Virus record (IMG/VR): IMGVR_UViG_3300027759_000045
Coordinates: 62,001 to 126,000 of that record
Length of the DNA: 64,000 bases
Strand: one strand, 5' to 3'
The notes below the pieces were generated by a model that had not been told where the DNA came from, did not search any database, and worked only from the letters and a program-made list of their open reading frames with translations. Positions 1 through 10,537 of the stretch are shown piece by piece (position 1 is the first letter of the stretch; each line of letters starts with the position of its first letter). The position numbers were made by a program, and so were the translations under genes.

Positions 1-29
1 ATTAAAGGAAATCTACTAAAGATACTCAC

Positions 30-230
30 ATGAGAGCTCAGGAATTTATCAAAGAAAATGCGTCAGTTGGTGCCACCAGTTCCGGCAGCGTTGCCACAGT
101 GGCCATGCCCATGGGTGGCATGCAGTCAAGAAATCCCGATAGTTTCTTTTCTGGTAAATATACAAATGACCCTTTTCCCAACACACCGAAAAGTATGAGA
201 AAGAAAGCAAGGAAAACAAATGTTAAGTGA
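30..230 (+). CDS. hypothetical protein, 66 aa
   Basis: ORF overlapping the start of the next gene; no recognisable motif. Confidence 0.6.
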   Translation: MRAQEFIKENASVGATSSGSVATVAMPMGGMQSRNPDSFFSGKYTNDPFPNTPKSMRKKARKTNVK

Positions 231-660
231 TTTACTAAAGACCTATTTGGCCAGTACATTTTCGTACTATTTGAAGGCACACTATTTTCATTGGAATGTG
301 GAAGGACCTGACTTTGGTGAATTACATGAATTCTTTTCCAACATCTACGAAGATGCCTATTCAGCTGTGGATCCCATTGCTGAGTACATCCGTACCACAG
401 AAGAATATGCTCCTGGCAGTCTCAGCCGCTTTTTAGAACTAACACAAGTACCAGATCAAACCAAAGTGCCACGTGCTCGTTTGATGCTGGAAGAATTACT
501 CGCAGACACCCAAATAATGATCAACCTTAGCCGCCAAGTTTTCGAAGCCAGTGCTGCCGAAGGTCGTGAAGACATTGCAAACTTTGCCGCAGAACGCCAA
601 AGCCAACACGGCAAGTATCAGTGGCAACTGAAAAGTTACTTGAAGGACGCGAGGGCATAA
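220..660 (+). CDS. dps: Dps / ferritin-like DNA-protection protein
   Basis: KAHYFHWNVEG..F..LHEFF..IYE....AVD.IAEYIR matches the Dps signature region. Confidence 0.9.
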   Translation: MLSDLLKTYLASTFSYYLKAHYFHWNVEGPDFGELHEFFSNIYEDAYSAVDPIAEYIRTTEEYAPGSLSRFLELTQVPDQTKVPRARLMLEELLADTQIMINLSRQVFEASAAEGREDIANFAAERQSQHGKYQWQLKSYLKDARA

Positions 661-661
661 C

Positions 662-1360
662 ATGGATGAAATTTACACGATAATGCAGAGACTTGCATTG
701 ATTGAAAGCACTATCACACCAGATAATGTTACCAAGGGATTGAACGCACAACAAAAATCTGTGCCGCAGATGCCTGCACTGTTTAAAATGCCTGATCAAG
801 GTCCTGTGTTGGGTGGCGATCCTGATAAGAAAGCCTCCAGTGCTGGTTACATGGTTGGCTCCAATGAAAGTGAAGAACCTGAGCAGGATGCACTGGAAGA
901 AGAAGTGGCCAGTGAAGACAAGCTGGACCGAGTTAAAAAGTCATTTGCCGATTACCTTGACAGCATTTCCGACGAAAAGAAAGACAGTGACTTAAAAGAC
1001 CGGGTCCGAGTAGATCGTGACATCAGCAAGCGGCCTGCGAAAGATGCCAGCATCATTGCCAAACAAGTTGTAGGTGTTGCAGAAGATCCCACAGAAGAAG
1101 ATCCCATTGTACAAATGCCCACAACCCCGGTACAAGAACCTACCTATGCTGAATCAGCGCCGGTTAAAACCGTTGCACTAGAAGACGGTCGTTCATGTGA
1201 AATACACGGAGACGAACGTGCGGGATTTGAAATTCGACACGCGGGCCGTTCATTGAAGAGTCGCTTTAAGAACTTGGACCAAGCACAGATGGCACTGGAA
1301 ATGTACCAGGCTAGACAACGCCGACAAGACGAATCAGCCGACTACGTAGAGGAAGCATAA
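662..1360 (+). CDS. hypothetical acidic protein, 232 aa
   Basis: long ORF abutting both neighbours; E/D-rich. Confidence 0.8.
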   Translation: MDEIYTIMQRLALIESTITPDNVTKGLNAQQKSVPQMPALFKMPDQGPVLGGDPDKKASSAGYMVGSNESEEPEQDALEEEVASEDKLDRVKKSFADYLDSISDEKKDSDLKDRVRVDRDISKRPAKDASIIAKQVVGVAEDPTEEDPIVQMPTTPVQEPTYAESAPVKTVALEDGRSCEIHGDERAGFEIRHAGRSLKSRFKNLDQAQMALEMYQARQRRQDESADYVEEA

Positions 1361-4122
1361 TGAACCTAAATGACCTATATGAAATGAGAGACTCACGTGA
1401 CGCATACGAACGTGATGTTGATAACAGCCAAGCGGGTATGGGCAAGCAGTCTCGTTCGGACGTCACAGGCGAGGAAGAACCCAGCGGTGTTTTTACTGTT
1501 GTGATCAACGGTAAACCTTGGAAAACTGGCTCGAGCAATGAAATGTTTGCTCTTGCCAGTCGTGTTGCCGACAAGCACTCTGACAAAAAAGTTGCTGTTA
1601 AATGGCCCACAGGTGAATTAAACACAGTTAAATCACGTGATGTAACCGAAGGTTATCATAATTCTAAAACAATAATCACTGAAGCGTTAATTACACAAAA
1701 ATTATGGGAAAATGCTGGCCGTAAGTTGATGGAAGCACAGTTAACTGCTGACCAAATTAATCAAATCTTTCAACAGGTAGAACAAGGTGCCACTGCCGCA
1801 GGCGGTAATCGTACCTTGATTGGTAAAGGCAAAGATGCTGCCGAAGCTGTTAACAAAGCCTGGGAAGATTTAAAGACCAAAGTACAGAACTCAGGACCTA
1901 TCAAAGGTGTTGATGCCATGTATGACCAAGCCGCTGAGAAACTAAAGCAAGCAACAGGCGGTGATCAAGGCGTGATGAAATACGTTCAAAAGTATCGTGA
2001 CTTTGCCAAGGCACATCCTGTGGCACAGAGTTTAATTTACGCAGCCCTGATTGCTGCCGCTGGTATTACGGGTGTGGCACCCGGTGGTGCTGCCGTACTG
2101 GGATTGTTCAAGTTAGTAGACAAGTTGTTGCAAGGTGAGAAGTTCTCCAGTGCCGCTTACTCAGGTGCCAAAACAGGCGCAATGGCTTATGGTGCTGCCA
2201 AGGTTGGCGACTATATTAAAGGGCAAATGGCAGCAAAAGCCGACCCTGGTATGGCATATAAACCCGACGTCAGGACACCCACTGCTGGCCAAGGTGCTGG
2301 TCAATCATATGATGCAGGCGGAACATTTGCTTCAACTGCAGAAAATCCCGGTGTTCGTAGATTGGCCAATTGGGCTGTTAAAAACTTTGACCAAAACACT
2401 TACGATTATGTTCCCAAGGGCATGGACGTTTTTGTTTATGATAAGGCCGGCAACTTGGTACAATCAATAACATCCGATGGTAGCATGCGACGGGCAGGCA
2501 TCTATACAGGAAAACAAATGTTAGATGTTATGAAAAAATCTGCAGGAGTATATGAATCTATCAATTTGTCAGAAAGTCAAATCTTTTTATTGATAGGAAA
2601 GATTGTTGAACGCCAACATAAAATTGATGAAGGTATCATGGATACCATCAAAGGGGCCGCAGGCAAAGCTGTTGACTGGGCCAAGACCAAAGGCACCAAT
2701 TTAACAACTAAAGTCACTGCTGACAAACTATTACAAGCATGGAAGAAGGCAGGTAGTCCAACTGACAGTGAGGCTGTGGCCAAAATAATTCAATCTGCAG
2801 GCATACCGTCTGATTCTATTAAACAAGTCTATGGTACAATGAAGATACCTTTTGCAGGTGAACCTGGCGCCGCTGCCGCACCTGCACCTGCTGCTAACCA
2901 AGCGGCAGGTGGAATACCTGCAGTTCCGGCCAAACCTGCGGCAACAGCACAAACGCCTGCGGCAGCTCCTGCACCGGCAGCTAAACCAGCAACTCCTCAA
3001 GCAACATCTACTACAGCAGGTGCACCGTCTAAGGTTACCTACGGTGGATTGTTGGCACCGAAGAAATCTGCTGCGCCTGTTGCAGACTTTAGTAAAACTG
3101 GTTTCTCAGGTTACCAGACTGCCACAGCAAAGCAACCAGCAAAGCAACCAAGCATGGCAGAAGGCCATACAGAAGTTAAAGATAAAGAAGGTAAAGTTGT
3201 AAGTTGGAAAGACGACTCAGAATGGCACCCAGCTGAAAAAAACAAGCAAGGTCAGCCCAAAGATCCACGTGGCGTAGTCACACACCTGAGTGATGTTGCT
3301 CGTCGTAAAACTGCTGCCCAGCAAGACATGGCAGAAGCCGAAGTAGACAGCGACGGATACTCTGTTGACCACGCTGACTCCGGCGAGTACGATTACGAAG
3401 GTGATCAAGCTAGAGATCAGATGAACACCATTGTACGTGCGGCTCGCAGACTTGACGGCCTGTTGGATGACAACGAGAACATGCCAGAGTGGGTGCAGAT
3501 GAAAGTTACCCTGGCTGCTGACTATCTTGACACAGCAGCTGACTACATTGAATCCAATCAAGAACCCGAACTAGAAGAAGGTTGGAAAGAAAAATTAGGT
3601 GGTGCGGCACTGGCAGGTGCACTGGCACTGGGTGCAGGCGGAGCACAAGCCAGAGTTATGCCCGGAGATGATCCTGGCGTCAACCGCTTAACAGGCAAAC
3701 CAATTGCCACACAACAGGCAACTGATACTGCACCAACTCAATCAACGTCTTCAATTAGCGTTGCAAAATCCCAGGCACAGTATGATGTTGATACTCAGAC
3801 ACTAACATACAAGGGCAAACAATACAAATGGAACTCTGATGCCCAGGCCACCGGACAAGGCGAAGTTGTTACTGCGCCGTCAATGGCTGTTGGATCTAGA
3901 AGCATGGGCTCAACCAAAGTAGAACTAAACCCAAACGGAACCTACACCAAAGTGCCTGCTAATGAATCTCAAGAAAAAGTTGGCAACATGGATGCCGACA
4001 AGTTTGATTCAGCCATGGCACGTCTTAAACAGTTGGCAGGCGCAGGTCCATTAAAGACTGTGTATGATCCTACTAAACGTGTGTACCGAAACATTCCTGT
4101 AGCAGTGCAACCTCAAAAATGA
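1360..4122 (+). CDS. large hypothetical protein (920 aa), possibly virion-associated, with Ala/Pro-rich linker
   Basis: long ORF; modular, with a low-complexity PA-rich segment and a hydrophobic GGAALAGALALGAGGAQA segment; function is inference. Confidence 0.75.
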   Translation: MNLNDLYEMRDSRDAYERDVDNSQAGMGKQSRSDVTGEEEPSGVFTVVINGKPWKTGSSNEMFALASRVADKHSDKKVAVKWPTGELNTVKSRDVTEGYHNSKTIITEALITQKLWENAGRKLMEAQLTADQINQIFQQVEQGATAAGGNRTLIGKGKDAAEAVNKAWEDLKTKVQNSGPIKGVDAMYDQAAEKLKQATGGDQGVMKYVQKYRDFAKAHPVAQSLIYAALIAAAGITGVAPGGAAVLGLFKLVDKLLQGEKFSSAAYSGAKTGAMAYGAAKVGDYIKGQMAAKADPGMAYKPDVRTPTAGQGAGQSYDAGGTFASTAENPGVRRLANWAVKNFDQNTYDYVPKGMDVFVYDKAGNLVQSITSDGSMRRAGIYTGKQMLDVMKKSAGVYESINLSESQIFLLIGKIVERQHKIDEGIMDTIKGAAGKAVDWAKTKGTNLTTKVTADKLLQAWKKAGSPTDSEAVAKIIQSAGIPSDSIKQVYGTMKIPFAGEPGAAAAPAPAANQAAGGIPAVPAKPAATAQTPAAAPAPAAKPATPQATSTTAGAPSKVTYGGLLAPKKSAAPVADFSKTGFSGYQTATAKQPAKQPSMAEGHTEVKDKEGKVVSWKDDSEWHPAEKNKQGQPKDPRGVVTHLSDVARRKTAAQQDMAEAEVDSDGYSVDHADSGEYDYEGDQARDQMNTIVRAARRLDGLLDDNENMPEWVQMKVTLAADYLDTAADYIESNQEPELEEGWKEKLGGAALAGALALGAGGAQARVMPGDDPGVNRLTGKPIATQQATDTAPTQSTSSISVAKSQAQYDVDTQTLTYKGKQYKWNSDAQATGQGEVVTAPSMAVGSRSMGSTKVELNPNGTYTKVPANESQEKVGNMDADKFDSAMARLKQLAGAGPLKTVYDPTKRVYRNIPVAVQPQK

Positions 4123-4196
4123 ACACAAACGAATATCCTGTATATCCCGAAGATGACGGATACGATCGTTTCCGCAATCCCTACTCACCAGTATAA
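4119..4196 (+). CDS. small ORF MNTNEYPVYPEDDGYDRFRNPYSPV (25 aa)
   Basis: ATGA overlap with the upstream stop and TAATG coupling to the downstream start; fills the gap exactly. Confidence 0.5.
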   Translation: MNTNEYPVYPEDDGYDRFRNPYSPV

Positions 4197-4828
4197 TGCT
4201 GTTAAGTGACTTCAGAATCAAGAACTTAGACAAACTAGATAATATTCTAGTGGATCTCTGCAGTGAAATTGTTCGAGCCAAACTTGACCACACTGACCTA
4301 GGCATGGTGGCTGCCGCAGTGTTAGATCCCGACGACAATTGTGTAAGTGCTATAAACTATCCTGCAGAGGATGGTTCACGTGTGCATGCCGAACGTGCGG
4401 CCATGGATGCTTACCTGGAACAGTTTGGCAGCATTCCTGAAGGCAGTATCATAATCACAACACTGAGTCCTTGTACAGAAGACATGCCAGATCGTCATGG
4501 CGAAAGTTGTACAGACTTGATCAATCGATCTGGTGTACACAAAGTGTATGCAGGCTATGCAGATCCATCACAGGACGAAGTGCGTAAAAAGTTTCACGTT
4601 AAGACCACAACCAACCCACGCATCCGACAACTGTGTAAAGCGTTTGCTGATACCTTTTTAAAAGATCACTTAGACGAACTATCATTCTTAGGATCGCAGT
4701 GTACCAAAGACTGCTCAGGACATCGTGCTGGATATGAATGGTCAAAGCGCAAAGGTCTAAAGCAGGGCAACTCACCCTGGTCACCAAGTTTTAACAAAGG
4801 TGCCGCACTGGCGGTTGCTGGCAAATAA
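4196..4828 (+). CDS. zinc-dependent cytidine/dCMP-deaminase-fold protein with extra C-terminal domain
   Basis: HAE motif (VHAERAA) plus TLSPC...C; C-terminal CTKDCSGH segment. Confidence 0.75.
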   Translation: MLLSDFRIKNLDKLDNILVDLCSEIVRAKLDHTDLGMVAAAVLDPDDNCVSAINYPAEDGSRVHAERAAMDAYLEQFGSIPEGSIIITTLSPCTEDMPDRHGESCTDLINRSGVHKVYAGYADPSQDEVRKKFHVKTTTNPRIRQLCKAFADTFLKDHLDELSFLGSQCTKDCSGHRAGYEWSKRKGLKQGNSPWSPSFNKGAALAVAGK

Positions 4829-4836
4829 TGTTGTAA

Positions 4837-5697
4837 ATGATTTGCACACAGCCCAACAAATTACAGTTGATAATGTACACCGGCGGGCAAGGCGGAGAGT
4901 TTTTAAGTTATCTTTTTAACCAGCATCAAGAGTGTGCTGCCACTGATATACGACAATTACCAAATAACAAATATGCCGCAGTAAGTCTCAAAGAACACGC
5001 CCAGTGGAAAATTGATTCTAACGGCAGTGATCAATTATTATTTGTACCTGTACATCCTAATCTGTCTCCTACGCTGAATGAAATTGTATATGCCAGGCAG
5101 GCAAATTTGTTTATTGCAGATGTTTCTACAAAGTATTACTTTTATTATCAGACTCTTTTTTTACTTAAAACTACATACTTTAAACTTGATATTAATACTC
5201 CTAGTGGAATTAAAACATCACTGTTAGAAAACAATGCCTGGGACAATTTTAAACAAGCAATTAACAGAAATTTTTATTACTGGTACGAAGCAGAAACATT
5301 TTTACTCACTGGTAACGTGCCTAATTTTTTAACTCATTTATCAATGACGCTGGACTCTTGGGAAGAAATCAATGTTGATGCAACTGACAGCAGAAGAACC
5401 AGCGTCTACACAGGATATTTAACATTGGGCAACACCAAGGTGTTTGATGTAGATGAATTGTACTTTGGCAATACAAAACAAGCATACACAGACCTATGTG
5501 CAATTATGGGTATCTCTTCCAACTTTAAATTTTTAGATCTAATACATACCTATCGCTTGGCCAACATTTATATAATACAAAAATATAGCAAAACTAATTT
5601 TGATGATTTTATAAATCTTGATATAGAGTCTCTAAAAAACACAGTGTATCAAACAATAGTTAAATATCACAATGAACCTCTGATCACACTACCTTAG
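4837..5697 (+). CDS. hypothetical protein, 286 aa (AT-rich)
   Basis: ORF; N-terminal YTGGQGGEFL is P-loop/sulfotransferase-like. Confidence 0.7.
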   Translation: MICTQPNKLQLIMYTGGQGGEFLSYLFNQHQECAATDIRQLPNNKYAAVSLKEHAQWKIDSNGSDQLLFVPVHPNLSPTLNEIVYARQANLFIADVSTKYYFYYQTLFLLKTTYFKLDINTPSGIKTSLLENNAWDNFKQAINRNFYYWYEAETFLLTGNVPNFLTHLSMTLDSWEEINVDATDSRRTSVYTGYLTLGNTKVFDVDELYFGNTKQAYTDLCAIMGISSNFKFLDLIHTYRLANIYIIQKYSKTNFDDFINLDIESLKNTVYQTIVKYHNEPLITLP

Positions 5698-5780
5698 GAC
5701 CAGTACTTGTTACTGACTCAAGTGTGAGGCGGCTGCTGCCTTGGACGGCCCGATTCGCTACCGGGAATCCTAAAGTGAGC
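5692..5780 (+). ncRNA. candidate structured ncRNA
   Basis: TTAGGA(5694-99)/TCCTAA(5768-73) closing helix enclosing hairpins CAGTA/TACTG, GGCGG/CTGCC and CCCG/CGGG; TAAATA motif at 5661-66 upstream. Confidence 0.45.
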
Positions 5781-5792
5781 TATAATACTACT

Positions 5793-6860
5793 ATGATCAC
5801 AATCAATAATGTTAAAGAGATACACCTAGAACTCACAACACTTTGCAACGCACGATGCCCGTTGTGTGTGAGGAATGCCAATGGATACCCACACAATTTT
5901 GGATATCCTGAAACATCTTTATCGTTGGAACAAGTTAAACAGATATTTTCTGTTGATTTTATTCGTCAATTACGGCTCATTGACTTTTGCGGCAACTTTG
6001 GTGACTTTGTGATGGCACCAGACGCTGTGGAAATTGTCGAGTGGTTCCGCAGTGTTAATCCTTCCACCAGAATCACAATCAATACCAATGGCAGTGCCAG
6101 AGATCGAGAATTCTGGACACGCATTGGTCAGTGCAATGTGGAAGTGATATTTGATTTAGACGGACTTGAAGATACTCATGCCATGTATAGAGTAGATACC
6201 AACTGGCAAAACATCATTCGTAATGCACAGACTGTGATAGCCACAGGCAGCCGTGCTATATGGAAGATGATCAAATTTCAGCACAACCTGCATCAGATCG
6301 AAGCATGTCGTGAACTGGCTCTAGACCTGGGGTTTTATAGATTTGATCTCACTGATCACGGCAGAGACTACGGACCTGCGTTTGATCGACAAGGAAATCT
6401 AACTCGTATGTTGGGTATCGTTGACGACCGTAACCAACCTCGCACCATTGATCAAATTGTACAATGGCAACACCATACAACTCCACGGCTGCCACCAGAT
6501 GAAAAAGAAACACTGGATTGTTACAGCAACCGCAGTGAAACTATTTTTATTGCTGCCAATGGAGAAGTGTATCCTTGCTGTTATCTTGGTGCATTCCCCC
6601 GAACATTTAAAGACGGACCTTGGTACGATCTGGTGCATACACAACTAAAAACCATTGTGGACCATATCAACAACAATGCACTTGAAATAGGGATTGAAGC
6701 CGCAACAGAATGGTTTAATCAAATTGAAGAACGTTGGAAAATAGAAAAATACAAGGATGGCAGATTAATATTGTGTGATTCTCATTGTGGTAGAAAGTAT
6801 CAACACTGGGAAAGACAAGTACTAAACGACAAGAAAGTAGCAAATGGAACAATGGGTTAA
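5793..6860 (+). CDS. radical SAM protein with C-terminal SPASM/twitch-like domain
   Basis: CNARCPLC (CxxxCxxC) and later CY...GEVYPCC...CDSHC; ATG 5793 chosen because the longer GTG start runs through the RNA element. Confidence 0.85.
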   Translation: MITINNVKEIHLELTTLCNARCPLCVRNANGYPHNFGYPETSLSLEQVKQIFSVDFIRQLRLIDFCGNFGDFVMAPDAVEIVEWFRSVNPSTRITINTNGSARDREFWTRIGQCNVEVIFDLDGLEDTHAMYRVDTNWQNIIRNAQTVIATGSRAIWKMIKFQHNLHQIEACRELALDLGFYRFDLTDHGRDYGPAFDRQGNLTRMLGIVDDRNQPRTIDQIVQWQHHTTPRLPPDEKETLDCYSNRSETIFIAANGEVYPCCYLGAFPRTFKDGPWYDLVHTQLKTIVDHINNNALEIGIEAATEWFNQIEERWKIEKYKDGRLILCDSHCGRKYQHWERQVLNDKKVANGTMG

Positions 6861-7566
6861 CGAGTTTTTAGATCAACACAACGACAAAAACACATTTGAG
6901 TTGTTGCCGCTGCCCGACGGAGATGTGCATTTTCAAGCTGATTGGATTTTAAAACACAGCCAGGCACCGTGGTTAGAAATTCTTGGCATTGATGCTCCGT
7001 ATGCGGAAATGTGTCGCGAAGCACAGTCATTGCGAGACATGTTTGTATTCCATCGCGGCGAAGAAGCAGGTATGAAGGGCTGGCGCAGTTTGGCTGTACA
7101 TGGCATAAGTGCTACGATGACTAATGTTCCGCAGACATATGGACTAGATCCAGACCAAGTAAAATACGACTGGACAGAAATACAAGATCAGTGCCCTGTC
7201 ACAGTGAAGTTTTTTAAAGAAGTATTTCCGTACAATCAGTATCAACGACTACGATACATGCTGGTAGAACCCGGGGGATACATTGCGCCGCATAGCGACA
7301 ATGTAAACAACACACCCGGGGCCGCTGTAAATATTTCTCTAAACAATCCTGAGGGTTGCAGACTGACCAACATACACGGCACTGTGCCTTTTAGAAACAA
7401 CGGCAGTATATTTTTGTTCAACAACCACTATCGTCATGCAGTACATAACAACAGCAACACTGATCGATTCCATATGATTGTACACGGCGCCTGGCGCAAT
7501 CCAGAGTGGAATCACCTGGTTGTAAACAGCTACAAAGAGGCATTAAAAAATGGTCGAAACATTTAA
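6844..7566 (+). CDS. Asp/Asn beta-hydroxylase-like 2OG-Fe(II) oxygenase
   Basis: PGGYIAPHSD...HAVHNNSNTDRFHMIV. Confidence 0.8.
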   Translation: MEQWVNEFLDQHNDKNTFELLPLPDGDVHFQADWILKHSQAPWLEILGIDAPYAEMCREAQSLRDMFVFHRGEEAGMKGWRSLAVHGISATMTNVPQTYGLDPDQVKYDWTEIQDQCPVTVKFFKEVFPYNQYQRLRYMLVEPGGYIAPHSDNVNNTPGAAVNISLNNPEGCRLTNIHGTVPFRNNGSIFLFNNHYRHAVHNNSNTDRFHMIVHGAWRNPEWNHLVVNSYKEALKNGRNI

Positions 7567-8215
7567 AAACGCACTGACTGACGACGACATTGCGTGGTTT
7601 AAATCTGACCTGGCTGCACTGATTGATGTTGATCCAGTAGATCGTCCCTACAGTGTTGAAGATTCACTGCGTATCTATGGACAAGAAATTACAAACATTG
7701 ATCGCAGACACATATTGCAGCCAGGCGACGAAGCTTTTCGAAGAATGGGTGATATTTTATATCGATACGTTCCACGCGGCACATTCTTTTACATGGCCTA
7801 TCAGCGACAATACCTACCGCATCAACTGCATGTTGACGGTGTATACCCTACTACAGATCTAAATTATGCCAAAAGTGCAATCATTCCTCTAGATGAAAAT
7901 ATCAATGGAGTGTTTAAAACTGTAGTATGGAATCGAGCATTCTTGACCAATGATGACTTACAACAATACTTCAGAAAATTTATTGCTGACAACAGTGAAT
8001 TTCCTGTGATAAGCACTGTGAGTGAGACTCAGGAAGTTGATCATTGCTGGGCAGGAACTCCATCCATTGTGGACACCTGGCTGTTGGACGGTGTGTACAA
8101 TTACCAGCTGGGGTCAATTGGCATGTTCGATCGCACACACGTACATTGCAGTTCCAACTGGGTACAGCATCGTTTGGTTGATCACAAAGATATTATACTA
8201 CTGCACATTGGGTAA
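7550..8215 (+). CDS. probable 2OG-Fe(II) oxygenase-fold protein
   Basis: LHVD...HVHCS His/Asp/His pattern. Confidence 0.55.
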   Translation: MVETFKNALTDDDIAWFKSDLAALIDVDPVDRPYSVEDSLRIYGQEITNIDRRHILQPGDEAFRRMGDILYRYVPRGTFFYMAYQRQYLPHQLHVDGVYPTTDLNYAKSAIIPLDENINGVFKTVVWNRAFLTNDDLQQYFRKFIADNSEFPVISTVSETQEVDHCWAGTPSIVDTWLLDGVYNYQLGSIGMFDRTHVHCSSNWVQHRLVDHKDIILLHIG

Positions 8216-9568
8216 CATGTGTTTAAGAGAACCTTGGTTCTCTAACAGAATAGACTGTACAGTATTGGCAGCAAGTTCGTTGATAAAGTTCTGAGTCTTG
8301 TTCAACGCCCAGGCCCGAGTTTTAAAAAACATCAAATAGTCCATGACAAATGCATTGCTGGTCCACAAATAAGATCCCAATGCAGATTGATTGGTAATCT
8401 TTAGTATTTTTTCAGTGGCATCAGCATCCATAAGGTCAAGGTGTACAAATGTGTGTGTCATACCACAGTACTTGATCCATCTTTGGTGAAAATCAGCTCT
8501 TGTTAATCCGGCATTGTTCAAGAACCAATCTATGTTGCTGGCGATTGACTGATGACTGTGATACATAGGCCCATAGTCTGGATGTGCTGATTGAAATTTG
8601 TGCCAGACACTTTCAAACACATCAAAATCACCGTTCCACTCTGCCAGCAGATACTGCTGCCACTCTATTGCTGCCTGGCTGATATCAAATAGATACACAC
8701 TAGTGTTGGCAACAAAATTATCATTGCCAGTTATGCAGGCAGGTTTAAGGCCGCCACATACACCAACAAAACAATCAAGCGGCTGCTGTTTCATCTCTTG
8801 CGGATCAATCAACGTTTCAGTATTCAACACATAATAACCACTGTCTAAGTTTTTGGTAATTTGCCGCATGGCAAATCCAAACCACCAAAGTGCTTCATCT
8901 TTGGGCTCGTGATTTTTATCAGCAATGAGTTTTACAATATCGTCGTGGCCATGATCAGGATAGCAATAGTTTTTCTTCTGTCTGATTTCATTGGGAATAT
9001 TAGTTATACGATGCCCGGCACGAATAAACTCAGCAATGACATTGATGCCAGTGTATTGATAGTCGCTGGCGTATTCTACTAGCTCTTCTGAATCAGGTGC
9101 CACCCACCCAGGCGTATAGTCATCGTGTGCATTGTTTGTATCACGATGTGTTTTGCGTGTGACAAACGTGACAGGTCCCGACTGTTCTTCAAATGCAGGT
9201 TGCCCAATGGCTGTCCATGCCCGTAAATCAAGTGCAAACCATTGCGGGTGTAAATGATAGTAGCCGCCGCGGTCTAATATGTGACAGGCCATTGGCGAGT
9301 TTTCTGCTTGGGCATGTTCGATTGTGTCAATTACTAATGTTTGATTTTGTAAGAAGTTTCCAGCGGCAACCACGCCGGCCCACTCGTACCCTTGCTCAGC
9401 AAGTTTTTTTAATTCTTCGGTGAGTGTTTTTGTTTGATACAGATTAAACTGATATCGGCCGCACAATTTAAACTCAGTCAAGTCAATCAAGTTTTGTGCA
9501 ATATCAGCACATTCAGGTTTTAAATTGTCGTACAGTACTACTGCAATGTTTGGAAAGTCTTTGTTCAT
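8198..9568 (-). CDS. hypothetical protein, 456 aa
   Basis: long ORF; no motif recognised. Confidence 0.8.
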   Translation of the reverse strand: MNKDFPNIAVVLYDNLKPECADIAQNLIDLTEFKLCGRYQFNLYQTKTLTEELKKLAEQGYEWAGVVAAGNFLQNQTLVIDTIEHAQAENSPMACHILDRGGYYHLHPQWFALDLRAWTAIGQPAFEEQSGPVTFVTRKTHRDTNNAHDDYTPGWVAPDSEELVEYASDYQYTGINVIAEFIRAGHRITNIPNEIRQKKNYCYPDHGHDDIVKLIADKNHEPKDEALWWFGFAMRQITKNLDSGYYVLNTETLIDPQEMKQQPLDCFVGVCGGLKPACITGNDNFVANTSVYLFDISQAAIEWQQYLLAEWNGDFDVFESVWHKFQSAHPDYGPMYHSHQSIASNIDWFLNNAGLTRADFHQRWIKYCGMTHTFVHLDLMDADATEKILKITNQSALGSYLWTSNAFVMDYLMFFKTRAWALNKTQNFINELAANTVQSILLENQGSLKHMLPNVQ

Positions 9569-9570
9569 GA

Positions 9571-10452
9571 TTAGGTAATAAGTTGGTATCCAGTGATCTG
9601 GATGTTTGGAGTATTTCTCATGTACTCAAGTGTGGACAGATTGTCAATTCTACCCGGAATACAAAATCCAGTATGATCTAATATTCGTTGTAAACTGTAT
9701 CCTAGCGTTGCTAGGTCAGGTCGATTTGCATGGTACCACTCAGTGAGCGCGGCATCCACATCATCAGGCCACGGCGCTGGCCCCCAGTGAGTACCATTGA
9801 AATTGTTGAGATGTAATTTCCAATTAAGGCTGATACGATCAATCATTTTACAGGTTTGCAACAACATAGAATTATCATTGTGCATCATGCAAAAGAATGG
9901 TTCTTTGCCCACATACGGGTAATCTAACTGTACTTCGCCAGGTTTGATTACTCTTGCAAATTTTACAGGCTCGGGCATTTGATTGTCGGTTGGGCCATTA
10001 ATAAAATAACTAATGTTAGCAAACGACCGTCCTGTAAAATTATAATCAAGAGGTGCTTCGGTAGTTTCTAAACTGTGCAGGCAACAATGCAATTCGTCAA
10101 CTAATTTTATTTGTTCGTTATCAAGTCCGGCATATTTGTTAATTCCTGCTGTTACTTCTAGATCTTTATGCATTGAATTAAAATGCAACTGGTTAGACTC
10201 GTAATGTTCCGGCCCGGCTTGAATATTGTACATGGACCAATCTACTGTATTGGTATTACGTGCTTCTTCGATTAGTTTTATAAAATGATTAATTGTGTAT
10301 TTGGTAAAGTCTGTAACGACAGGCACTGCCCGAACTGGATCTTGTTTGGTAATTTCTACATGTTGATTAAAGAACTGTTCGCCAATCGGGGTATCGTAAA
10401 TATCGATATTAAAATCAACTGCTTGATTTATTTCTACATATATTTTTGGCAT
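9571..10452 (-). CDS. hypothetical protein
   Basis: long ORF; ATG at 10452 lies 5 nt after a minus-strand TAAATA. Confidence 0.75.
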   Translation of the reverse strand: MPKIYVEINQAVDFNIDIYDTPIGEQFFNQHVEITKQDPVRAVPVVTDFTKYTINHFIKLIEEARNTNTVDWSMYNIQAGPEHYESNQLHFNSMHKDLEVTAGINKYAGLDNEQIKLVDELHCCLHSLETTEAPLDYNFTGRSFANISYFINGPTDNQMPEPVKFARVIKPGEVQLDYPYVGKEPFFCMMHNDNSMLLQTCKMIDRISLNWKLHLNNFNGTHWGPAPWPDDVDAALTEWYHANRPDLATLGYSLQRILDHTGFCIPGRIDNLSTLEYMRNTPNIQITGYQLIT

Positions 10453-10489
10453 GTAGATATTTATTTGGTAATCTTGAGTCAAACAATAT

Positions 10490-10518
10490 TTGACTTTGCG
10501 CTAGAACAAGTATATAAT
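10490..10518 (+). promoter_or_regulatory. sigma70-type promoter
   Basis: TTGACT-N17-TATAAT. Confidence 0.85.
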
Positions 10519-10537
10519 AGAAAACAAGGAGCATTTT

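Noticed and set aside
2860-3160. Repeat-like GC-rich stretch in the 920-aa gene
   Set aside because: It encodes an Ala/Pro linker; no fixed-period DNA repeat or spacer structure, so not CRISPR or VNTR.
5724-5792. N-terminal extension of the radical SAM ORF from GTG 5724
   Set aside because: It runs through the structured element. ATG 5793 follows TATAAT and gives a normal domain start.
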